Assembly: GCA_002256025.1 (NCBI GenBank)
Contig: NKIB01013945.1
Span: 1-49,587 of the forward strand
DNA from: Asterionella formosa
Taxonomy: Eukaryota
DNA length: 49,587 nt
Direction of reading: 5' to 3'
Positions within the stretch are counted from its first letter, which is position 1. The number at the start of each line of letters is the position of its first letter. The notes under the pieces are model-generated. The model was not told where the DNA came from, ran no database searches, and worked only from the letters and a program-made list of their open reading frames with translations. A program made the translations under genes and the position numbers. Below, piece by piece: positions 1 to 13,110 of the stretch.

Positions 1-904
1 CTCACATCTGCATATATGGAAGGGAAAGATGTTATTTATGTCGAAATCCAAATTATTGGACACAGACACAACAAACCCTCTGCAGCATTGTGCACAAAGA
101 TATTAAGTGCGGTTTCTTACCTTGTATTTAGGTTGATTTTTATCGTTGGTCCTGAGGAAGTGGAGAAACTTTGAATGGTAGCAGCGCACATGAACAGCGA
201 TACAATTTTATAGTTTGCTTTCGGTCTCACACGGTACTGATCATAAGCCCCTTGGTGGCCACATTTGAGAAGCAAAACAAAATCATATAACTTACCTCTT
301 CTCACCGGTTGTTTTGATACCGGTAGAAGGCTCTCTATCACCATTACCTCATCAGTTTCTTATGTGGAATAGAACGCATTACCGGTATGAATTTTTTAAC
401 AACAATATCTCAAAATTTCCTCTTCTTCAAAAAGTGTGTATAACATACATCTCTGTATGTCTAGTAAATTTTTTGAAGGAACATTTAATACCCTACCAGT
501 ATGTATGACTAGATAAAATACACAAGACTTAACAGGAATTCGAATACGGTAGCCGATATATTTCCAGTTATTAACCCTATATAGTGGACAGTGGACACAA
601 TGTATCATAGGTACATATACATACTATCAAATTTTACTGGTACCTGGATCTTACATGATGGAGGAATACTGGAACTTACATGATGCTCAGTAGAGTACAG
701 TAACAGGACCTCGTACCAGTACAAGAATTGGATCAAAGCATGTACCGGTAGAGCATTCAAATCAGAATGGCAACAAGGAACGCACCGTTGTTGCACAGAA
801 TTCATTCTGATAGCATCATTGGCTACAAGGTTTACATACACATAAGGTGATCTGTGTAAAGTCATAACCTTCGCTAAAACAATAATCAATTGATCAATCA
901 AACA

Positions 905-1240
905 ACGTATTAATATATCAAAACATTTGGTTAGCATATTAGTTTTGATAACTAATATACATGACTTCTATCTATGCGTAACCTGATGTGTGTAAGAAAG
1001 TAATCTGACAAACAAATTCGATTGTCCACACAAACACGGTCATTGATATATCATAATTATCATCAACATAACACAACATTTGATCAATATATCAACAATT
1101 TTGGTTAACCGATTAGATTTGGTAACTAATATATACGAGTTCTTTTATATGCATAACCTAACGTACAAAATTGATTGATCATACAGACACGGCCGTTGAT
1201 ATATCAAAATTATCATTAACATGTCAAAATATTTGAATAG
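905..1240. repeat. Degenerate tandem duplication, unit about 175 bp
   Basis: aatatatcaaaacatttggttagc...gataactaatata...acacggtcattgatatatcataattatc recurs as aatatatcaacaattttggttaacc...ggtaactaatata...acacggccgttgatatatcaaaattatc. Confidence 0.6.
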
Positions 1241-1761
1241 TCAATCATTTTTTAATGTATGCTGAGTAAAACGTTAGATCTAATGGAAAATCTATTCACG
1301 GACGTTCATGTTGCAAATTTGTCCAGTGATGCCTGTTCAAGAGTGAATAGTTATTCCCTTCCAAATGAATGGCTTTTCCTCATCTTGCAATGTCCTTTCA
1401 GATTTCGCATAATGGCTGCCTTCTCCATCCTGATAGAACAGCTTTGTTTATTGCATATCGAGATTTGTTTCCCATGTAATGTGAAATACCGGTAGTTGAA
1501 TTACCGGCAGTAGTCAACATTATTTGATAGTATTTTTTAATTACGTAAAAAAATTTAATATATTACGTGAACTATACTATAGAATTACTAGAACAAAATT
1601 AAAAGGCAATGTGAACTAAATTACAGAATTAATTGAAGTATTTCAAATAATTACGTGAAGGTGATCACGTTATATCATAGTGATGATCAGGAATGCATGT
1701 ATGATACTCTGATCAAATAATTAACGTGATGTATTCAGATAGATAATATATAGATATATTC

Positions 1762-2020
1762 AAGGGAATGGCTTAGTGGTTTAGCATGTTGCCTTTGAAC
1801 TGAGGTTGTGAGGTTTGATTCCCGCAATTTTTTTGAAAAGCAATTGTTGGGTTCGATTTCCACACTCCATACCGTCCCGCACGGTCTTGCCTGGTGTGCA
1901 AGAAATAGTGGGTAGCCCCCCTACAAGCAGCTTGTACCGCCTTCCTAGGCGGTCGGATTTTCCCCTAACGCTGCGGCTAAGACCATCACCTTTCGCGAAA
2001 GGTGGTTGGGGACTCACCTA
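1762..2020 (+). mobile_element. tRNA-derived SINE-like element or pseudo-tRNA with structured GC-rich body
   Basis: A-box TGGCTTAGTGG (1769-1779), B-box-like GGTTTGATTCC (1812-1822), T7 run, second B-box GGTTCGATTTCC (1850-1861). The head matches the minus-strand element at 4728-4670. Confidence 0.55.
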
Positions 2021-4559
2021 CGCTCACAAAACTAGGGAAGCACAGTTCTTGCTGGCAGGTACTAGTAGCACAATGAAATATTTGCCTTGAAAAGAGGGGA
2101 GAACGAATGAGATATAAAACATCCTAACTTCAAGTTAAGTTAGCATTTTGATGTATTCAACTAATTCATGTGATCCATTCAAAATCAGCCAGGCTTATTT
2201 ACGTGATGGTCACTTCACATAATACACGGCTTAGATGTGGCCAAAAAGTCGCAAAAACAATATTATACCATTGAGTCGGCATCTCCAGAAAATACGCATC
2301 TACATTTGTGAAGAAAACTAAATATCTAAGATTAACTTAGTTGCGTTTAACTCCTGCCACAGACATGTACTATATCTAGCAATAAATGAATCAATTAGTC
2401 ACTCTTAGTAAATGAATGCAATATTGTTTGAAGGCCAAAAAACAAGCCATACTTACATGTTAGAGACTGTAATTCACATCAGAAGTTTCTTCCGATGCTC
2501 CAGAAAATGAAGCAAATCGCGATCATCTCCTTAACAACAATGAAACCTACAGCAAGAAAACAGCCTCAACCATCCTAAAATTACAAGACTGTATGGTATA
2601 CTAAGCCCTTGTATAGAACGTTAACCTTATAGGCTCTTCTACACCAACAAGCGGCATAAACTGCTTGTTGTTACTCTCACCATAGAGACTTGAACAATTC
2701 AGTTTATGTGTACATCAACCCGAATAAGTGAAAGATTTTCTTTGTTTCACATTCTGCATAGAATGACCAACATGATGTCTGCATGTACTGGTACCAGGGT
2801 ACTAGTACATACCGGTATATATGTAGTACACAGGAGTGATCATGATAAGTACGTGATGCCATATATAGCTAGTACTTGTGTGTAGCTAATGATAATACAT
2901 GTTGCATCATGTGCCCAACACTTATACGACTACGTCATACCTATTGATACATATGTTAAAATGTAGTAATGCTAGGCTAAATTCTAGTACATAGATCCTA
3001 TTTTTTCCAAGTCAAACTCCATCGCCCTCATCCTTGCTTAGTAAACGAGCGCATAAATGTAATGCAAATGTTCGAAGAAACTCGTCCCAACTCGATTAAA
3101 GTTGAACTACTGTACCTGGGCGGTACCAGCAAAATCTGCCATGACTCATTGAGTTAGGGTCTTTGTTGGACACCTCCGACTAAAGGTGAATATATCCAAT
3201 TTCAAGCCTGTTTCTCAGCATTGATCAATAAGCCGGCTGTTGCTTACAAATACTGATTGAAAGATTTTTCGAAAGATAAAAATAATAAGACAGCTGAAAA
3301 GTGATCTTAATGGGTCAAGGCCATATATCCTCTTTTTTTGGTTGGTAAGTGATTATAAATTCTTATACATTTTCGATTACAGATTAGGTCATGAGTTTAA
3401 GCACTTGTGATGCTTTTTATCGTTCACCTTTTGACAACTACATGTATTCTGGAGTAATGGTCAACATATATGCATATGTATGATGCTGCTGCACGCTTAA
3501 ACAATTTGCTGTTACTATTACATTTATATTCATCCAGAGATCACCAAAACTATTATGATACAATCCTAAAAGGTACTGTATAACTTGTTAAAGTAATTGA
3601 TAAACTAAAATTACGATATAAAATGAGAATATTGAAACAATCTCCAATGGTTGTTTCTTTTCTTCTTCACACGGAGGATAATATTGTTTCCAAACATGAT
3701 TGGTGTATATTTAGGCTCTGAACTGCTGATGTGGCTTAACAATTTAGGTATTCATATAACCTATAGATTATAAGATAAAAAATTTCTTCAAATTGATTTG
3801 TATGTACCTTCAATATCTGTAGAAGTCAATACCAAGACACAATATATATATTGTTGCACATTAGGTTATGGTTCCAATCAATTTCGATATATTTATAGAT
3901 ATCATGGTATTTTATCGTCTGCAAATAAAAAGTATCATGAATATAGGATCATCTTCTGGTGGAAATAACATGGAATCATGTTCAGTGGCCATAATGATCT
4001 GCAATGGTGCTTTGGTGCCAGTATAGAAAGATTCCGATAAACCAGTTTCTTCAGGTATATGGGTTTCTTGTGGAAGATATTCTGTATCGGTGGATAACAA
4101 TTCCAATTGTTTCGTGCGTCCAGGGATGATGCAGTTCTTACGGGCAAGGTGAAATAATTGATCATAATGTTCATCCACACTTGCATCTTTTCCTGGATCA
4201 TGGCTGGACTTGACATAATCCATCATTTATAGCAAAAAGATAATGCAAAAAATGGTTGTTTTCCTCCTCATCTGATCTTTTGCAATAAACAATTAGCACA
4301 TAGTTACTGTCATGATGAAGTGGATGACAATCACCTTGGTATATACATGGATTGTTATTACCCTTTTCTGGGTTCTCATCAAGATCAAAAATAACCTTAA
4401 CATCATAGAGGCAGTTGTTTCATGGCCCAATATGCAAGATCTTTAAAATCTGAACATGATTTTTTGATACCTTTGACTCAATAATAACAATGTCAATTAA
4501 ATTTTATAGTACATTAAAGCTATCCAATAATTGCACTCGGTCCCACCAAATAGATGGAC

Positions 4560-4728
4560 ACAATTAGTACCGGTTTTATTCGTCCGTACGGTACAACGGG
4601 ACCTGTCTTTTCGTCAGCCGCACCCCCCGGAACCCTACTAGGGAATACATGACAAAGACAGGTTGAGGGTGCAGGAATCTAACCCTCCACCACATTGGGT
4701 GTGCTAACCACTAAGCCATTCCCCCTGA
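4560..4728 (-). mobile_element. Second tRNA-derived SINE-like element (inverted orientation)
   Basis: Minus strand reads GGGAATGGCTTAGTGGTTAGCA...GAGGGTTAGATTCCTGCA, near-identical to the head at 1764, followed by a long imperfect hairpin (4601-4663). Confidence 0.55.
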
Positions 4729-5524
4729 TACCTTTTACTCCATAAAATGCAGAGGAGTAATTGCATATTTCTTGTGGGGTACGTGTCTACAAATCTTTCC
4801 ACAATTTTACTTGTCCATGCGTTTTTGGAGGTGCAGCTGGTGTGATGGTAGTAACCGAGTGTAGTAATTGTTGAACAGAGCACAGTGTAATATGCATGTT
4901 CCGCCAGCGTAGTGTTTATACATTACATATGCCGGCATATATAGCTATAACAAGGAAAAACGACACGACAATGAACGTGATGGCTGGTTATAGAGGATAC
5001 CGGTATGGGATACGCATCAATCCGTATCACAAATCATATATATTATGGTGTTGTATATATAAACGCATCCATATACTTAGATCCTATACACCGTATAATA
5101 CTATCATATTAACTGTTGGCTTTTACTGTATACATCAAAAGACGAATATATATATTAATTAACATACTTAATGATTTATTTATTTTCTATGATGTATCGA
5201 TAACACTTACGTACATATTTTATCATATTTTATTATCATTGTAGTATTTTAACATGATCATATTTTGATCAAAATTATATCATAAACATTTTAAGAAGTC
5301 ATCACAGTTCAATGATCAATGCATCATAGCTATGTGATTTACTTTATTCAATATTACGTATCATACTTTGGTGATTTATGCATCGATGTAACCCTATCGT
5401 GATATCACATTATCATCTTATCAATCATTCAATGTTGATTGGGAACTGTATTCTGCATCGTACTACAGAGTATGATATAATAACATGCACTTTAGTAGCT
5501 AGCTAAATCACTCCTGTGCTGTAC

Positions 5525-6025
5525 ACAAGTCGACAGTGCACAAACACATGTACACACAGGTTAATCAGGTTTGAGGCAACGGACAATGGTTTCAACGAGT
5601 GAATGACGATATGGGTACCAATTTTTCCATCGGCAAACCGCAATGATGAAGGACACTTGTCCCTCTATTGACGAGGATGACACGACGGACACCGACTTTT
5701 CCAGGAGCAAACAAGAATGAAGAGACCCAGGCCACTTGTCGCTCTATTGATGGTAACAGAGATGCGGACAAGTTCAACAGTGAATACAAGAACAACATAC
5801 CAATGAAAACAAGTCGGCAGTATGTGTACGCACACGCCAAGCAGGTTTGAGGCAACGGACAGTTCCAACAAGCAAATGACGATACGGATATCAAATATTT
5901 CCTACGAGCAAACAACAATGAAGAGAGCCACTTGATTTTTTCGCTCTCTTGATGGTATCAAAGATGCGGACAAGTTCAATAGTAAATACAAGTACAGCAT
6001 GCCAACTGCAGAAACGAGCGACATG
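5525..6025. repeat. Diverged tandem duplication, period about 276-284 bp
   Basis: caggtttgaggcaacggaca at 5566 and 5842; agatgcggacaagttcaa at about 5760 and 5962. Confidence 0.8.
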
Positions 6026-6884
6026 AAAAAGAAATTGTAATCAGAATCATTCTATAACTACTATAGCTATGTGGACAGTAGTCTGTTACGCACATTTTCG
6101 TATCTCCTTCTATGCTGAATCTCAATAGTAGATGTAGTATCATGTGAGAATTGAAAATGTCAGCGAGAATAAGTAGAATGTGTTTGTTTACAGGTTGATT
6201 GGCAAGATTGTAATGCTGGTGGTCGATGAAACAGATAAACTGATTTACAATGTGTGCTGTGTGCAGAACCATTACGAGTTTGAATGATTTCTTCTCTGTA
6301 AACTCTTAATTGAATGATTATGAACATAGGTTCACTGCACATGACAATTACTCAAAGATAGAATGATCACTTGACCAACAATTGAAGACGTTATCACAAA
6401 CAATCATTCCACTTGTTGTCATCGCTAGTATTTTGTTGCTGTTTCAAAAATCGGAGTGATGACAGGTGGAAATGAGGAGCTAAATTACATTACTTTTGCT
6501 GTTACATTATCCTACCAAGAAATTCAAATACAGGAATCTAATAGAAACAATACATATAATGATTAAATATACATTGTCAAAAGGGTTACTATTTAAATTA
6601 CAAGGGCATTTATCATAATTATTAGAGGATGATATAACAAAAAATTATGATCAGATGATCACAATCCTATGATGCATCATGGGAATATGATAGTTTTTAT
6701 TTGCAGATGATATGACAAGGAGACCTCTATGAGAATGTTTTTGCACATACAAATTCTGCTTCCAATATTTTGGCACCAACTGTTGAAAAATGGATTGAGT
6801 TGACTTTTGGAGGAGAATTGCTCTACATCTGCTGGGCTTCATGAAGAATAAAATTAACAGCCATGTACCTATAATGTCAGGAGT

Positions 6885-7004
6885 TAACTTCTGCAGAAAA
6901 GTGGGGGTATTTCCACCCCCTAGATTTCTTAAAACCTTTGTAGCCCCTTTTTTGGGATAGTTATGATTCCTAGGGGGATAACATCCACTTCTCTCCAGAA
7001 ATTA
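6885..7004. mobile_element. Small MITE-like inverted-repeat element
   Basis: Left arm taacttctgcagaaaagtggggg...ccccctag (6885-6923) is an imperfect reverse complement of right arm ctaggggg...ccacttctctccagaaatta (6970-7004). Confidence 0.55.
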
Positions 7005-8052
7005 GGTCTGTATATAGATCATACTCCTAGTCAAGCAATGACTGTATTTAAGCATAGTATGCAAAGTGGTCATCTTGGTGAAAGCTAATTTTAACTTTAA
7101 CTATTTTATATAGTTGCATGTAATGTGTCATTTGAGGTACATCATAAAAATATTTTGGAAAAAGTAGACCTCGCAATGTGTAACATTTTTGATTGTAAAT
7201 CGTGTTAATCTGCGTTACAAAGAAATTCTCAACAATGGGTCATGGCAGGTTTTTACTGGCACCACCGGCATCCTATGTAAGCGATTCTGATATCAGTTCG
7301 GGTACCGGTATTTGACAACTCCGAAAAAAATAATACAAGGGTGGCGAGGTACCACTTGAAAATTTGTGAAATACCATGTACGGTACATACGAACTATTGA
7401 TCATTGAATCGTGTAACGCTGAGTATCCATGCTATGCAGTCAACATAAGAAAGAAAAATCAGTCCCGGACAAAGAAAACTTCCCTGCATTTCTGAGACAG
7501 ATCCACCTCGTATGTTTAATCCGTAAGTTTGGGTTAGAGCATTGCAGAGGGGGGCTTTAAATTTGTTCAAACAAAGATAGAAGCTGGCACCGAAATTTGA
7601 GCGGACACCAAAATAGGACTTGCGGGCGTGCGTCCTCGCTATTTTCCCTATCCGCGCAAGATGTTCAGTCCTGTGGGTGACCAACAAGTGACAGCTTTCG
7701 GCCCTGCCGTTGCGGCGTATACTGTTATGTACAGGTAATTAATACTTATGCATTGAGAAATTGAGGCAAGAAACATTTATGGTAACCAAGGTACCAGGTA
7801 CTACCTGGTAGTCAAATGTATTTAATATGAGCCAGATGTCAATTCCATCCACAGCACTGTGCTGCCTTCTTATATAAATACTACTGGTACAGTGACTGTC
7901 ACCCTCCAATTTTGCTACCGGTAAGCCTTCTAGTGGCTTGTCGTCATATTTCTTCGCACAGAGAGGTGTTACTTGTCCAACAGCTTCCTCCAACGATACC
8001 TCTATTTCAATATTTGCTAACAGTTTGAGCTAGCCTGCTCCCGCTCCTGCCC

Positions 8053-10072
8053 ATGCCAGCAGTAGAAAGTATGTTCTGTCAGGCAACTGCAGCCAACGAC
8101 GGAAGCGAGTGCCATTCGTTGTCCCCTGGTGGGGGCATGATTCTACCATCGTCCAACCAGGAAGAGATCGTCAAGGGATTTTTGTCAGAGCTTACATTTT
8201 GGGGCGACTTACCACTGGCCGAAGCAAGTGAGAAGAGAGACGATTCGATGGGCGAACAAGTGCTGCGACGAGCAGGTAGCATCAGTAGCATCGGTAGCAG
8301 TGAATTGAATCGATCGCTAAAACAAACGCCGCCACCCCCAAAGGTTCTAGGACCAATTTGGAGAACAGCTGTTGATCCTCATTCGGGGCGAACGTATTAT
8401 TATGATGCGGTTTCTAGACGAACGCAGTGGGACAAGGTAAGGGAATAGTTGTCACAGTGATTCATCGAAAATGCACCATTTTCACAGAACAGATTATACA
8501 CACGAATGCGAAATTTTTTTACGATTCCAATTTTCTAACTTGCCATTCTCGCTGTCCCCTGCACGTTGTCCGTTCTCCGTTAGCCCGAAGAAATCAGAAG
8601 GTTGGAGCGCCAGCGACGACAAGAAAAGAAAGCCGAAGATAGAGCTTTTTTCTTGGAAATGGAAAATAATATCAGGGCTGCGCTGGAAGCCGGTGAACTT
8701 GTTTCGGGCTTCACAGGTGATTCACCCCGCACTATTGCGGCACCTTTACTAGATGAACAAGAGATGGGGTACCCCAATAACCATCACAAACCTGCTCGAA
8801 TTCGCACGATTTCCGGTATGGACCAAGTCATGGTAGAAGCACTGAAGGAACGAGTTCCAAAACCTGCAACAACTACGCAAGTGCAACGACCGCTCCGGGA
8901 TGCGCATGGTCGTCCACCGCTACCATCGGGACGTGCCCGGTCGTTTGGTATTACATCTTCCGGGTCATCCTCGTCGCTTGAATTATCGCCAGAAGATTCT
9001 AGGCCCCCAAAGCCCTCCTTGCGGGCCTTCACGACCGATGAATCGGCCGATTCACTGCGTGGTGAGGCCTTGTTGGACTGCCTAATGGATGATGGGCCAT
9101 TGGAACAAGATGTGAAATTGGATACTAAACCCGGCCTATCGAGACCCCAATCGCTGCAAAATCACATGAGGCGTAATACAGGAGGTACAATCTTTGTCAA
9201 GTCAACGATGATGAATCCGAATATTGAAGCAACTATTAAGGTGAGCAGGTTCTTCATGATTCTTGAATGGCGAATCATCGTGAGTTTTCTAACGTCCTCT
9301 TCTCTCTTAGTGCGTTTGCGGTGTCTACAGAACCCATATTTTAGATTTTGCCGCCCAACGTTCCAGTCGATCACCAATTTCCATTATTGGTTGTTACAAT
9401 GAGCCCAGTAACGAGATGTCCGCAGTTTTTCAAGATATTCCATTTGGTGATACCGAAGTCCCATCTCAGGCTGATGTTATTCTCTTTTACAAAGATTTCT
9501 ATCAACGATCGCAAATGGAACATGATACAATTATTATGAGTTTGATTTATGTCGAACGATTAATCAAGGCAACTGCTGGTGCAATTGCCCCAGTTCCTGA
9601 AAATTGGAGATCCATTCTATTTTCTTGTATGGTGTTGGCGTCCAAGGTTTGGGATGATTTGAGCATGTGGAACATTGATTTCTCTAACGTTTGCGGTAGA
9701 GATAGAACGCAGCTTTCGTCCTTTACCTTGGGTCGAATCAATAAGCTGGAATTGGCTCTGCTCAAGAGTTTGAATTTCAATGTTAAGGTACCAGCTTCGG
9801 AATATGCCAAGTATTACTTTTTGATTCGGGGTATGCTAATGAAGAGTGGAGTCTTAAATGAACAAGATGCATTAAATTTCAAGGGCGCTAAGAAACTAGA
9901 GAATTTGACCACCAATTACCAAGATGCGGCCAAGACTGCGGCCAACCAAGTCGTTGGCCATCGAGTGAGCAAGAGCCTGGATGATTTCCAGTGGCTTTAT
10001 CCAAATGAAGACGAGAATGGACCTCTCCACACTGCTGATTTTTTGCAGCATATGGTGTCTATGAAGGGATAG
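8053..10072 (+). CDS. Cyclin Y-like protein with N-terminal WW domain; exons 8053-8436, 8584-9240, 9311-10072
   Basis: WW motif W..AVDPHSGRTYYYDAVSRRTQWDK|P completed across intron 8437-8583 (GTAAGG...TAG). Intron 9241-9310 (GTGAGC...TAG) keeps frame. Cyclin-Y signature SLIYVERL...NWRSILFSCMVLASKVWDDLSMWNIDF...LE..LL..LNFNVKVPASEYAKYYF. Confidence 0.88.
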
Positions 10073-10212
10073 AGGGAAGGATTTTAAATTACATGTCATG
10101 AAGTCTTGGTGCCTTGGTTCTGCAACTATATTTTCACATTACATGATAGAAATATTACTTTAAATTAGAAGTATCAAATAGATAATTTTGCAACTTCGGT
10201 ATCAAGTATGCT

Positions 10213-11665
10213 CTAGCTTAAGAACCTAATTGGATCATGGATCCACAAATTCGCTAACCACTTTTCTCCCTTCTTGATTGGCAGTGCAGCATGTTGCGTG
10301 AGCTCATCCAAGTTACCATCGGGAGTGAGCATATAAAAAATGACGGCCCTTGCCTTTCTCTGTTGTCACATTCAATGGACCTGAGGTCTCTGAATTGCGT
10401 CAGCGAGAACGAAGTCTCGCCGCCTTCCATACCTTCGTTCAGATACATCAATACATTGATACATCGACTGGGAGAATTTAGATGGCGACGTGCCAAGTAC
10501 ACAAAGTCGTGATGTGCTGCGTATTGCTGACCGATATCATAATAGACCAGCTGCAACTCTTCCGAGATAGGTTCACTTGTCCCAAGGTCAGGGTACTCAT
10601 CTGGAAAGCGATGGCGTAGCAGAGCCTCATCCAACTTTAACACATTGGCTTCACGACGATAAACAATGTCGATGATAGGTGAGCTGTAGCGCGATACCCA
10701 AGTATTAGTCGACGTACGAGTATCGATATCAGCGCCATCATCTTTGCCATTGCTGCCAGTGGTAGACCGATGCAGATTTTGTTGTCTGGCAACGTCTAGC
10801 ATATGGTCAACTTCAACGTCAGAAAAGAAATGAGGAATTTGCAAAACACGAGATTCACATGACACGACTGTCATTGTTATATTCATATCCGACGCTGCCT
10901 TCCTGAACGGTTGTGACGGAACCATGTGAGATTCACCGCGGCGAAGTCCATTCATGGTCATTTGAGAAAGATCGTGCTCAGGAGGCAAGGTAAAGAATTG
11001 GGTTTCTTTCGTTTGCAATTGATGTGTCTTTCCTATATGGTCAGTTGCCCAAATATGGTGCATAGGCTTGGCTCCAGGGTACATGCTTAGCCATTCGGCT
11101 CCTTCAGTAAATTTCTTGTCAGCCTTCGAGAACTCCAGGTTCACACGATGGGCGTTGTATGCGTCCATTGATGCATCATTCAAAGTTTCGAGAGCCACCA
11201 ATGGTTCTTCGTTCTTGCATCGCCCTGGTTCGACTTTATTATTCGAAAATGGATTATAAAAGTATATCATAGATTCAGGAGTGACAGTGAACCGGCAAAG
11301 AACTTCTTTCGGCCGACCGTGCGGCGCAAAGTAGAAAATCTGGCCTGGCGCTGCAGCAGTTCCTGTGGCTTCAAAAGGACCAGCATTACCGATCTATCGA
11401 CCATTTCCATTATCATCCCAATAAAGATCTAGCCGGCGATCTGATAGGTTGAGAAACTTTCCCGCTTGACCAGTGAAAGCAGGGTTCTTTTCCACCCAAA
11501 AGTGGATACGTCTCTACGAATGAAGGCCTGAAAGTTGTAGTCCGGCATCCACTGCAATTTTGAAGCCTCAGCATCACCTTTCGGGGTCTCCAATGGAGCA
11601 GTATCTCCAGAAACTGATGATAAGAAGGTGCGAAGCACGGTTAACAAATTTGGTAAACAAAACAC
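10213..11665 (-). pseudogene. Prolyl 4-hydroxylase alpha-like (2OG-Fe(II) oxygenase), frameshifted
   Basis: RTSTNTW, EELQLVYYDIGQQYAAHHDF, VLMYLNEGMEGGETSF. The C-terminal AVIFYMLTPDGNLDELTQHAALPIKKGEKWLANLWIHDP lies in a shifted frame ending TAG at 10213, and the N-terminal part is a separate ORF. Confidence 0.8.
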
Positions 11666-11733
11666 AAATTTTTTAACAGTGAGAAATAACAGTGTATTAC
11701 ATAAAATTGTTTTTATTTATGTATGACTACTTG

Positions 11734-12440
11734 CAGCTGTTTTAGAAGTCACGAACATGACCGTGGATTGTACACAGCTCCGGAATATATGAATTCACCC
11801 ACTTCATCCGAGGTGGCCTAACTATTTCTATCGTATATACATTTATAAACAAAATTAATAAATCTTTCATGTAGGAATTACCACTGTGGAATCCTGACCA
11901 GTTCCAATTGGCGTGCTTCTCAACATCGATAGCAGGGCTCGTTGTGGAGGAGTACTTCCGAAGGAAAGATTGCAAAACGAGGCCTCACGGGTTCAGGAAT
12001 CTGGCATTTCCATAACAACGTTACTATAATTGAGTCAGTTGAGTCAAAGCAGGTGGAACAACAAGCATGATCATGTTTTGACATGGTGCATGTAATTATT
12101 GATTATTTATATATGTATGCTCTGCTTTCAGTCATTGGCTATGCTTCCATCACTCAAGTGGAATCGATCGTCAACACCAATCATTAGTCAGAGGCGGGCT
12201 GAGAGAGGTGTACCTGAGGTGTGCTTCCTGACATCTACAGTATACCGGTAGTTGACCTCCTGCAGGCCAAGTGGTAGAATCTAGCAAGCTGCATTCGGTG
12301 GGATGTAATCATTTTGAATATAAAATGTATATACGATAGAAATAGTTAGGCCAGCACCTCGACTGAAGTGGGTGAATCTCATTTATATCGGAGCTCCTGT
12401 GTACAATCCACGGTCATGCTCGTGACTTTTGAAACAGCTG
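11734..12440. mobile_element. Non-autonomous TIR (MITE-like) element with long TIRs of about 130-155 bp
   Basis: cagctgttttagaagtcacgaacatgaccgtggattgtacacag...ggcctaactatttctatcgtatatacattt (from 11734) is the reverse complement of aaatgtatatacgatagaaatagttaggcc...ctgtgtacaatccacggtcatgctcgtgacttttgaaacagctg (to 12440). Ends are CAG...CTG with TA on the right flank. Confidence 0.85.
11892..12161. repeat. Direct repeat copy A (about 270 bp), inside the TIR element
   Basis: Highly similar to 14182-14449. Confidence 0.9.
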
Positions 12441-12559
12441 TACATATAATTTGCCGGAATAATTCAAGACTTGCTTGCTCATACCCGAAATGGCATGCTC
12501 TCAACAAAAAGGTGTGCATAATTACAATACAGTACACGTCAATTATCAAAAAGTTATTT

Positions 12560-13110
12560 AACTCAAAGGAATACCATCATCCTTCTTTTGTTGAATCATC
12601 CACTTTAAGGCATGACAAAAATGATTACACAACTGCTGGCTGGACAAACAACTGTACCATCTGTCCAATTGAACTTTGATTCGAGTGTACCAGCTACAGG
12701 AGCTGAAGTGATAGTAATGGCTTGAGCTTACAGACGGAAACAACCAAAAGCAGTCGATTGCTCCATGTTTCGATAGAAGTCATTTCGAATGACGCTTGTT
12801 CGAATTCATAAAGGTTCACTGTTTCCTCTTGACTCATACCAAGGCCAAATATATAGCGATATGGCAAGCGCCACTGGTGTCCAGGTTTCAATAGAAGTCA
12901 TTTCAAATGACGCTTGTTCGAATTCAAAAAGGCGCACTGTTTCCTCTTGACTCATACCAAGGCCAAATACATAGCAATATGGTATATGCTGCCACTGGTC
13001 AAGGTAAAGACAGCTGCCAAGGCAACTCTGGTGGGCTGCTAATTATTTCCGGAAATGATTTTTCAAGCGATATTCTTGTCGGCGTGGTGAGCTGGGGATA
13101 TGGATGGCTT
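12560..13110 (+). pseudogene. Trypsin-like (S1) serine protease C-terminal fragment, degraded
   Basis: [54 protein letters not shown] (cf. GDSGGP), [10 protein letters not shown]; frameshifts and a 118-bp internal tandem duplication (12767 and 12885). Confidence 0.8.

Noticed and set aside
8..120. Minus-strand intron-like segment (GTAAGA...TGCAG) at the window edge
   Set aside because: No recognisable protein in the flanking frames; cannot be supported within the window
3912..4226. 104-aa ORF in the repeat region
   Set aside because: No recognisable motif; AT-rich decayed context
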